DNA of 62,974 bases, counting the filler, from Octopus bimaculoides (Eukaryota), in the NCBI RefSeq assembly GCF_001194135.2. It is 4 parts of 4 records of this genome, joined end to end, with 100 filler letters (N's around TTAATTAATTAA, not from the genome) between each part and the next. Parts side by side here need not be neighbours in the genome. Positions count along the whole stretch, not along the records: positions 54,088 to 62,974 come from NW_026423379.1; 3 more parts are not named here. One strand, written 5' to 3'. A program made the translations under genes and the position numbers. Of the stretch, positions 54,818 to 62,974 are shown one piece after another; position 1 is the first letter of the stretch, and each line of letters begins with the position of its first letter. The notes below the pieces were generated by a model, which did no database searches, had not been told where the DNA came from, and saw only the letters and a list, made by a program, of their open reading frames with translations.

Positions 54818-55029
54818 GTATGTAGTATATAGTATATAAAGAGATAACAGAAAGAAAACGCAGAAATAAACATTGCTACTTTTTTCCTCTAACAAAATCA
54901 TACTTTCCATCTCTCTCTCTCTCTCTTCCTCCTCCAACCAACCCATTCTATGCCTCCCACTTCTTTGTAATAGAAATGATCTAATACACTCCTGCTTCTT
55001 TTCTCTTCTTGCGTGCCTCTTTTTGCCAG

Positions 55030-55167
55030 CGGAGGTCCACGAAGTTAAAGAGCCCGATAAATTAAGAAAGCTCCCTGACATTACTAATGTGGGTTATTAT
55101 ATAATGTCTAAACAATCGAAAACAAAGAGGAAAAAGATGAGCGAACCCAGAACCCCTAAAGTGTTTG
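55030..55167 (+). CDS. Exon of an unidentified multi-exon gene; probably contains the start codon (ATG at 55104, MSKQSKTKRKKMSEPRTPKVF)
   Basis: Acceptor cttgcgtgcctctttttgccAG and donor tttg|GTAAGT. 138 nt with only one open frame (EVHEVKEPDKLRKLPDITNVGYYIMSKQ...PKVF). It ends in phase 1 and joins the next exon as G|AC = Asp. Confidence 0.8.
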
Positions 55168-55431
55168 GTAAGTGGATGAAACGCAATATATTCTCTCTGT
55201 TTGTGTCTGTTTGTTTCTCTGTCTGTCTTTCAGTCTACCTTTCTCTGTTTTTTTTTTTATGTTGTTGTTGATGTTGTTGTCTGGCCTCCAGGATTTTGTT
55301 GATTGTTAATTTATTATCGACAGATCGATAAAATACAAAGTTAGCTTCGGCGAGATATGAACACGTAACATAAAAGTTTCGGAACAAATAGCAAAAGATA
55401 TTTACAGATGCTTTCATGCTTCTGTTAATCC

Positions 55432-55651
55432 GTGGAGGCGCAATGGCCCAGTGGTTAGGGCAGTGGACTCGCGGTTATAGGATCGCGGTTTCGATTCCCA
55501 GACCGGGCGTTGTGAGTGTTTATTGAGCGAAAACACCAAAAAGCTCCACGAGGCTCCGGTAGGGGATGGTGGTGGCGAACCCTGCTGTACTCTTCCACCA
55601 CAACTTTCTCTCACTCTTACTTCCTGTTTCTGTTGTGCCTGTAATTCAAAG
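55432..55651 (+). mobile_element. tRNA-headed SINE family B (possibly the octopus OR type), young copy running into a gap
   Basis: gtggaggcgcaatggcccagtggttagggcag...ggtttcgattccc with clear A and B boxes. Confidence 0.9.
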
Positions 55652-56473
55652 NNNNNNNNNNNNNNNNNNNNNNNNNNNNNNNNNNNNNNNNNNNNNNNNN
55701 NNNNNNNNNNNNNNNNNNNNNNNNNNNNNNNNNNNNNNNNNNNNNNNNNNNNNNNNNNNNNNNNNNNNNNNNNNNNNNNNNNNNNNNNNNNNNNNNNNNN
55801 NNNNNNNNNNNNNNNNNNNNNNNNNNNNNNNNNNNNNNNNNNNNNNNNNNNNNNNNNNNNNNNNNNNNNNNNNNNNNNNNNNNNNNNNNNNNNNNNNNNN
55901 NNNNNNNNNNNNNNNNNNNNNNNNNNNNNNNNNNNNNNNNNNNNNNNNNNNNNNNNNNNNNNNNNNNNNNNNNNNNNNNNNNNNNNNNNNNNNNNNNNNN
56001 NNNNNNNNNNNNNNNNNNNNNNNNNNNNNNNNNNNNNNNNNNNNNNNNNNNNNNNNNNNNNNNNNNNNNNNNNNNNNNNNNNNNNNNNNNNNNNNNNNNN
56101 NNNNNNNNNNNNNNNNNNNNNNNNNNNNNNNNNNNNNNNNNNNNNNNNNNNNNNNNNNNNNNNNNNNNNNNNNNNNNNNNNNNNNNNNNNNNNNNNNNNN
56201 NNNNNNNNNNNNNNNNNNNNNNNNNNNNNNNNNNNNNNNNNNNNNNNNNNNNNNNNNNNNNNNNNNNNNNNNNNNNNNNNNNNNNNNNNNNNNNNNNNNN
56301 NNNNNNNNNNNNNNNNNNNNNNNNNNNNNNNNNNNNNNNNNNNNNNNNNNNNNNNNNNNNNNNNNNNNNNNNNNNNNNNNNNNNNNNNNNNNNNNNNNNN
56401 NNNNNNNNNNNNNNNNNNNNNNNNNNNNNNNNNNNNNNNNNNNNNNNNNNNNNNNNNNNNNNNNNNNNNNNNN

Positions 56474-56503
56474 GCCCTAACCACTGGGCCATTGCGCCTC
56501 CAC
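56474..56503 (-). mobile_element. SINE family B head emerging from a gap
   Basis: gccctaaccactgggccattgcgcctccac followed by (atgt)n. Confidence 0.8.
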
Positions 56504-56588
56504 ATGTATGTATGTATGTATGTATGTATGTATGTATGTATGTATGTATGTATGTATAAATCGTTTCGCTCTTTTACTCTTTTCATAG

Positions 56589-56655
56589 ACTCCAAGTTCT
56601 ACCATGCACTCCGACCGCGCAAAATCAGCATACGTGATATCAAAGTCTATCCCAT
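56589..56655 (+). CDS. Internal coding exon (D)SKFYHALRPRKISIRDIKVYP(M)
   Basis: Acceptor tcgctcttttactcttttcatAG and donor cat|GTAAGT. 67 nt, phase 1 to 2, exactly bridging the phases of the flanking exons. Confidence 0.85.
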
Positions 56656-57124
56656 GTAAGTCCATATTATACATGTAACACCTTATACAAATGACATATT
56701 ATACATGTGACATATTATACATGTGACACCCATAAATTCACACCCACCGCCCCAGCAACATCATCATCATCGTTTAACGTCCGCCCTCCATGCTAGCATG
56801 GGTTGGACNNNNNNNNNNTCGACGTCGTAAGTGACGGAGTGCCAACAACAACAACAACAACAACAACATGATGTTCATGTTGTGTCCAGCCATGTTGCCT
56901 GTAGTAACTCTCTGCATGGTAAGTTTCAGTCAAAAATCACTACGATCTTGAATAAAAGGCTCACTCAGTTAATTCATCTGAAGATTAACCAGTTATTTAA
57001 CAGGGCTGATAGTTGTGGCTCCAAAGTTGGAGATACTATTCATCGTATTTTCGATAAATAGTCTCCCACGCCAAATACGCGACTTGTCGCTTCGAGTTGT
57101 ATGTATGTATGTATGTCATTATTC

Positions 57125-57426
57125 AGTTGAGCACTCCACAGACACGTGTACCCTTAACGTAGTTTTCGGGGATATTCAGCGTGACACAGAGTGTGACAAG
57201 GCTGACCCCTTTGAATTACAGGCAAAACAGAAACAGGAAGTAAGAGTGAGAGAAAGTTGTGGTGGAAGAGTACAGCAGGGTTCGCCACCACCATCCCCCT
57301 GCCGGAGCCTCGTGAAGCTTTAGGTGTTTTCGCTCAATAAACACTCACCGCCCGGTCTGGAAATCGAAACCGCGATCCTATGACTGCGAGTCCGCTGCCC
57401 TAACCACTGGGCCATTGCGCCTCCAC
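57125..57426 (-). mobile_element. SINE family B
   Basis: Reverse complement about 95% identical by eye to 55432-55651. Confidence 0.9.
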
Positions 57427-58044
57427 ATGTATGTATGTATGTATGTATGTATGTATGTATNNNNNNNNNNNNNNNNNNNNNNNNNNNNNNNNNNNNNNNN
57501 NNNNNNNNNNNNNNNNNNNNNNNNNNNNNNNNNNNNNNNNNNNNNNNNNNNNNNNNNNNNNNNNNNNNNNNNNNNNNNNNNNNNNNNNNNNNNNNNNNNN
57601 NNNNNNNNNNNNNNNNNNNNNNNNNNNNNNNNNNNNNNNNNNNNNNNNNNNNNNNNNNNNNNNNNNNNNNNNNNNNNNNNNNNNNNNNNNNNNNNNNNNN
57701 NNNNNNNNNNNNNNNNNNNNNNNNNNNNNNNNNNNNNNNNNNNNNNNNNNNNNNNNNNNNNNNNNNNNNNNNNNNNNNNNNNNNNNNNNNNNNNNNNNNN
57801 NNNNNNNNNNNNNNNNNNNNNNNNNNNNNNNNNNNNNNNNNNNNNNNNNNNNNNNNNNNNNNNNNNNNNNNNNNNNNNNNNNNNNNNNNNNNNNNNNNNN
57901 NNNNNNNNNNNNNNNNNNNNNNNNNNNNNNNNNNNNNNNNNNNNNNNNNNNNNNNNNNNNNNNNNNNNNNNNNNNNNNNNNNNNNNNNNNNNNNNNNNNN
58001 NNNNNNNNNNNNNNNGCAGTGGGAATGAATCCGGAACCATGTGG

Positions 58045-58222
58045 TTCGTAAGCAAGCTCATCATCGTTTAACGTCCGCTTTCCATGCTAGCATGGGTTGG
58101 ACGATTTGACTGAGGACTGGTGAAACCAGATGGCTACACCAGGCTCCAATCTGATTTGGCAGAGTTTCTACAGCTGGATGCCCTTCCTAACGCCAACCAC
58201 TCCGAGAGTGTAGTGGGTGCTA
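58045..58222 (-). mobile_element. Short 3'-end copy of the RTE element (others at about 31125-31350 +, 36040-36290 +, 62000-62175 +, 56760-56808 -, 35140-35230 -, 40180-40290 - and 41270-41370 -)
   Basis: Contains gttaggaagggcatccagctgtagaaac...ccaacccatgctagcatggaaagcggacgttaaacg(atg)n; the first part is also present at the end of the RTE 3' UTR (39780-39837). Confidence 0.75.
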
Positions 58223-58544
58223 GTCTAGTTTTATATTTTTCAATGTTTCTTTTTTTCTCTCAATTTTTTTGAATGTGTTTCTTGCTGTTTGAAATAACAC
58301 AATTCCTATTTCTCTCATAAAAGTTTCTAGACCTTCACAGTCTCATTTTCATCTTCAGTGATGAGATATTGCCAGCATGTTTTGTTGTCACTTCACAATA
58401 GGCAAAGCCAATGTGATTGATTCAGACATAAACACTAGGATTTTAGGAGATGAGGAATTATTTACATTTATTTTTTTACATTTGACTGATACTTGTCCTC
58501 ATCCTGCCTGTTGCCAACACAACGTTCTTTGTCTTCTATTTCAG

Positions 58545-58628
58545 GAAACCATTGGTTCCGGCAGAATGTCCTTCTGACAGTCTTTCGCTGTCGAAGTCTG
58601 AGGAAACCCTGCTGGCTACCAAGGACTA
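58545..58628 (+). CDS. Internal coding exon (M)KPLVPAECPSDSLSLSKSEETLLATKD(Y)
   Basis: Acceptor gttctttgtcttctatttcAG and donor cta|GTAAGT. 84 nt, phase 2 to 2; junction codons AT|G and TA|T. Confidence 0.85.
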
Positions 58629-58669
58629 GTAAGTTGTGCTCTGAGGCAGTTTTATTGACGTCATTATCG

Positions 58670-58807
58670 TTGTCTGTCTGTCTGTCTGTCTGTCTCTCTA
58701 TCTCTCTTTCTCTCTCTCTCTTTCTCTCTCTCTCTCCCTCTCTCTCTCCCTCTTTCTTTCCCTCTTTCTCTCTCTCCCTCTCTCTCTCTTTCTCTCTCTC
58801 CCTCTCC

Positions 58808-58848
<41 letters not shown>

Positions 58849-59747
58849 CCTCTCTCCCTCTCTCTCTCTTTCTCTCTCTTTCTCTCTCTTTCTCCCTCTC
58901 TCTCTTTCTCCCTTTCTCCCTTTCTCCCTCTCTCTTTCTCTCTCTCTTTCTCTCTCTCTCCCCCTCTCTCTCTCCCTCTTTCTTTCCCTCTTTCTCTCTT
59001 CCCTCTCTCTCTCTTTCTCTATCTCCCTCTCTCTCTCTTTCTCTCTCTCCCCCTCTCTCTCTTTCTCTCTCTCTCTCCCTCTCTCTCTCCCTCTCTCTCT
59101 CCCTCTCTCTCTCCCTCTCTCTTTNNNNNNNNNNNNNNNNNNNNNNNNNNNNNNNNNNNNNNNNNNNNNNNNNNNNNNNNNNNNNNNNNNNNNNNNNNNN
59201 NNNNNNNNNNNNNNNNNNNNNNNNNNNNNNNNNNNNNNNNNNNNNNNNNNNNNNNNNNNNNNNNNNNNNNNNNNNNNNNNNNNNNNNNNNNNNNNNNNNN
59301 NNNNNNNNNNNNNNNNNNNNNNNNNNNNNNNNNNNNNNNNNNNNNNNNNNNNNNNNNNNNNNNNNNNNNNNNNNNNNNNNNNNNNNNNNNNNNNNNNNNN
59401 NNNNNNNNNNNNNNNNNNNNNNNNNNNNNNNNNNNNNNNNNNNNNNNNNNNNNNNNNNNNNNNNNNNNNNNNNNNNNNNNNNNNNNNNNNNNNNNNNNNN
59501 NNNNNNNNNNNNNNNNNNNNNNNNNNNNNNNNNNNNNNNNNNNNNNNNNNNNNNNNNNNNNNNNNNNNNNNNNNNNNNNNNNNNNNNNNNNNNNNNNNNN
59601 NNNNNNNNNNNNNNNNNNNNNNNNNNNNNNNNNNNNNNNNNNNNNNNNNNNNNNNNNNNNNNNNNNNNNNNNNNNNNNNNNNNNNNNNNNNNNNNNNNCT
59701 CCCCTCTCTCTCCCCTCTCTCTTCTCTCCCCCCTCTCTCTCAGTCTC

Positions 59748-59817
<70 letters not shown>

Positions 59818-59838
59818 GTCTGTCTGTCTGTCTGTCTT
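58670..59838. repeat. Intronic compound (CT)n / (TCTA)n / (TCTG)n tract with a gap
   Basis: Direct inspection; this tract is the source of the spurious 451-aa ORF. Confidence 0.95.
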
Positions 59839-59842
59839 TCAG

Positions 59843-59912
59843 TTATAAAGGTCAGAAGCATTCTGGTTATTATGACTTTGTGAAGAATACTCGAACAGAC
59901 CGAAACAGATAC
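59843..59912 (+). CDS. Internal coding exon (Y)YKGQKHSGYYDFVKNTRTDRNRY
   Basis: Acceptor tctgtctgtctttcAG and donor tac|GTAAGT. 70 nt, phase 2 to 0; the other two frames contain stops. Confidence 0.85.
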
Positions 59913-60375
59913 GTAAGTACAGACGCCTACCCGCTTTGTCATCACCCCTTTCTCGTTCCTCATTTTCATCATTACGCCCTCCATTAAATGGAGTCACAGG
60001 ATCAGACTGAGAGATTCACAGAATCGGTAGAGCGTCGGACAGTTTTGTTCTAGCTCTTTGTGTTTTGAGTTCAAATTTCACTGAGGAAACCTTTGATTTT
60101 TACCATCGTTGGGCACCACAAAATAATAATTTCTTCTATAGACACAAGGCCTGGAATTTTGAGGTAGGGAACTAGTCGATTACATCGACCCCAGAACTCA
60201 GCTGGTACTTAATTTATCGACCCCGAAAGGATGAAAGGCAAAGTCAACCTCGGTGTATATTGAATTCTGATCATAAAAACAGACAAAACGCTGTTAACAA
60301 TAATAATAATAATAATAATAATAGTAGTAGTAGGAGACCCCCTTCTGTCATGAATGACCATGGGATTGCAATGGG

Positions 60376-61244
60376 TAAACTGTCGCCATTTTATACCTTT
60401 AATTTCGCGCATGTACATTGTTTGTTTTTGAGTTTGTGGACTACACAGTATAGTAGGTTCAGCTGGGCACCATCTCTGAGAAACATCATCATGACGCTAT
60501 TCACTCTGCAAGAAATTCAGAAAGGACATGCTGTACTACTTGGCATTCGCGCTGGAACCTCCAATACGAACAGATGGTGAACACACAGAACAACCGTTGA
60601 CTTGCCATGTCCCCAAAACATGTACCGAGAGCGATAAAAATCAAACATCCAGTCAACATCATGATGTTTCGAGTGATTACTAGCGATGGTGACGTTATGC
60701 CTCATCTTTCCACACGGCCTCACACTCAACACAGAGGCCTACATCAAATGCCTGGAGGAGGTAGTGTTGCCCCAGGTCAAGAGGGTGGCTGCTGGAAGAC
60801 CCTATGTCTGGCAACAGGAGTCTGCACCATGCCACACAAGCTGGATAACCCAATCATGGCTGTTAGACAATTCCTGCGACTGCATCAGCCCTAACATCTG
60901 GCCACCCAACTCACCAGACTGCAACCCCCTTGATTATTATGTGTGGGGTGCAGTTGAGCGAGAGATCAACAAAACTCCTTGTAACACTGAAGGTTAACTA
61001 AAGGCAAAGGATTATGGCAGCATTCACCAACTTAAACAAGGAAACTGTCCAGAAGAGTTGTAGGAGATTCCAAAGTCGTCTGGAGGCTATGGTTGAAGCC
61101 AATAGCGATTTTATTGAATAAATTTACTCTTTAGTCTTTCAAGATATTTTTATGTAATTTTGGTAAATATATGTTAAAATGAGATGTCAGTGTTATTTTC
61201 ATTTTTGCCTAATTTAGACGACAGTTTATTCACCGCACCCTGTA
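60376..61244 (+). mobile_element. Tc1/mariner DNA transposon, DD37D (maT-type), internally deleted and frameshifted, inside an intron
   Basis: VWQQESAPCHT...WPPNSPDCNPLDYYVWG, with 37 residues between the second (here D to E) and third catalytic acidic residues. The right end cgacagtttattcaccgcaccctg is followed by TA, and a partial inverted match taaactgtcg lies at 60376. Confidence 0.85.
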
Positions 61245-61396
61245 TATCCTTGATAATTTGATTCTTACATCGTGCACGTTTATATTGCTGTATTGTGATA
61301 TATCTGAGGTATTATGTGAGGATTATTGGAACAGGTGTAGGAAATTTATATTTGATATATCATTGATTTGTTCTTGTTGTCTAATTAATTAAACAG

Positions 61397-61526
61397 ATTT
61401 GCAAGAGACTAGTCAGGAGGCTGTGCTTCTTCATTAAGGCCATGAGAGAGGAAAAAAATGCTATAATGTTGGCGAAATATGCCAGTTATGTCTCAAAATT
61501 AAAACCCAGATCTGCTGGTAGCGCAT
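61397..61526 (+). CDS. Internal coding exon ICKRLVRRLCFFIKAMREEKNAIMLAKYASYVSKLKPRSAGSA; gene continues beyond the window
   Basis: Acceptor tgttcttgttgtctaattaattaaacAG and donor cat|GTAAGT. 130 nt, open in phase 0 as the upstream exon requires. Confidence 0.82.
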
Positions 61527-62271
61527 GTAAGTAGAGAAAAAGCAGTTTTTGTGTGAATGTAAATAAACTGGAGTTGTAGAACTGTTCATTGAGAAAAACA
61601 TTCTCATACATAGCCATATTTGAGTGTCCACAACACATACATTCATGCATACACACATAGGTGCGCACATTCATACATTCGTACATGCATTGTTGGCACT
61701 CCGTCGCTTACGACGTCGAGGGTTCCAGTTGATCCGATCAACGGAACAGCTTGTATTTACCTACATGTACTTTGAAGGTACGTCTCAACACTTTTTCGCC
61801 ACCATCTTCTTTCTCTCTCCTCTCTCTCCTCTCTTTTTTTCTGATTGGGGTACCCATCTATCCCTTCTACTGCAAGGTACCTGTTTCTGTCCCTATACTC
61901 ACACCCTTAACTCTACACCTGGCACAAAACCACGTCCCTCTATACCACTTCCGCATCAGTTGAGGTGTTTTTGTCACAAGTTACTTGGTGATCTCAGTGG
62001 AAACTGGTGCCACATAAGCATCCAGTACATTCTGTAAAGTGATTGGCATTAGCAAGGGGCATACAGTGACAGAAACCATGCATAGAGAGCAGAGATTGGT
62101 ACAGTATTCTGCCTCATCAGCTCCAATGAAATTATCCAACTCATGCCATCATGGAAAACAGACGTTAAATGTTCATGATGACGAAATTGATTTAGCTGAA
62201 CATATGGTGGTTGTGGAGTTGGGTCAAACGTAGTGGACAATCACAATTTTACATAGATCTAGGATCTTATA

Positions 62272-62567
62272 GTAGAGGCGCAATGGCCCAATGGTTAGGG
62301 CAGCGGACTTGCGGTTTCGATTCCCAGACCGGGCGCTGTGAGTGTTTATTGAGCGAAAACACCTAAAAGCTCCACGAGGCTCCGGCAGGGGATGGTGGCG
62401 AACCCCTGCTGTACTCTTTCACCCCAACTTTTTCTCACTCTTTCTTTCTGTTTCTTGAGTAACGCTGCGATGGACTGGCGTCCCGTCCAGCTGGGGATGG
62501 GGGGGAACACGTACGCCATAGAAACCGGGAAACCGGGCCCATGAGCCTGGCTAGGCTTTGAAAAGGC
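62272..62567 (+). mobile_element. SINE family B, internally deleted
   Basis: Family B head plus the tail gccatagaaaccgggaaaccgggcccatgagcctggctaggctttgaaaaggcg. Confidence 0.88.
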
Positions 62568-62659
62568 GACGTTTACGTTTACTAGGACCTTATAAAATGT
62601 CTCAGGGTTCTCCAATAAATAAGTTTGTATAATCTGAATGCCGTTTGAAAGGTATTTTA

Positions 62660-62884
62660 CTTTGTCTGTCCATCTGTCTCTCTTTCTCTCTCTGTCTTTT
62701 TCTCTGTTTGTCTGTCTGTCTGTCTCTCTGGCTTCCACCTTACGTTACATGTAATGACCACAAGCACTACAAACCACCCCGAAATAGCGACTACCTCTAT
62801 TTTTTTTCAGTAAATATCTCAATATATCTGTCTCTTTCTGTCCCTGTCTGTCTGTCTGTCTCTCTTTCTCTCTCTGTCTTTTTC

Positions 62885-62915
<31 letters not shown>

Positions 62916-62974
62916 CTCTGGCTTCCACCTTACGTTACATGTAATGACCACAAGCACTACAAACCACCCCGAAA
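62660..62974. repeat. 190-bp tandem repeat running off the window end
   Basis: gcttccaccttacgttacatgtaatgaccacaagcactacaaaccaccccgaaa is identical at 62731 and 62921. Confidence 0.9.

Noticed and set aside
55137-55170. RhoGAP assignment from the genomic read-through KVFG
   Set aside because: The Gly comes from intron sequence; the spliced product reads KVFD and no GAP motifs follow.
3359-59848. Long ORFs of 200-450 aa in the track
   Set aside because: They span N-gaps and dinucleotide or tetranucleotide repeats (HTHT, CVCV, YIYI, LSLS), so they are not coding evidence.

Overview
This is AT-rich eukaryotic DNA packed with microsatellites and N-gaps. The SINE and LINE families present point to an octopus (coleoid cephalopod) assembly; this is inference, not a database result. 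Most of the window is repeat-derived: several tRNA-headed SINE families, decayed LINEs (RTE, CR1, R4/Dong-like, CRE-like), a DD37D (maT-type) Tc1/mariner transposase, hAT- and piggyBac-type MITEs, and possible decayed hAT transposases. Nearly all ORFs in the supplied track are microsatellite or N-gap artefacts. The main signal is a plus-strand multi-exon gene that the ORF track misses. Five short exons (55030-55167, 56589-56655, 58545-58628, 59843-59912, 61397-61526) each have a pyrimidine-rich AG acceptor and a GTAAGT donor, and they splice in matching phase into one stop-free frame. That frame encodes at least 138 aa of a basic protein I cannot assign to a family, and the gene runs past the window end. 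Three 100-bp spacers (44 N + TTAATTAATTAA + 44 N) are artificial joins, so contiguity across 30.0, 48.2 and 54.0 kb is not guaranteed.
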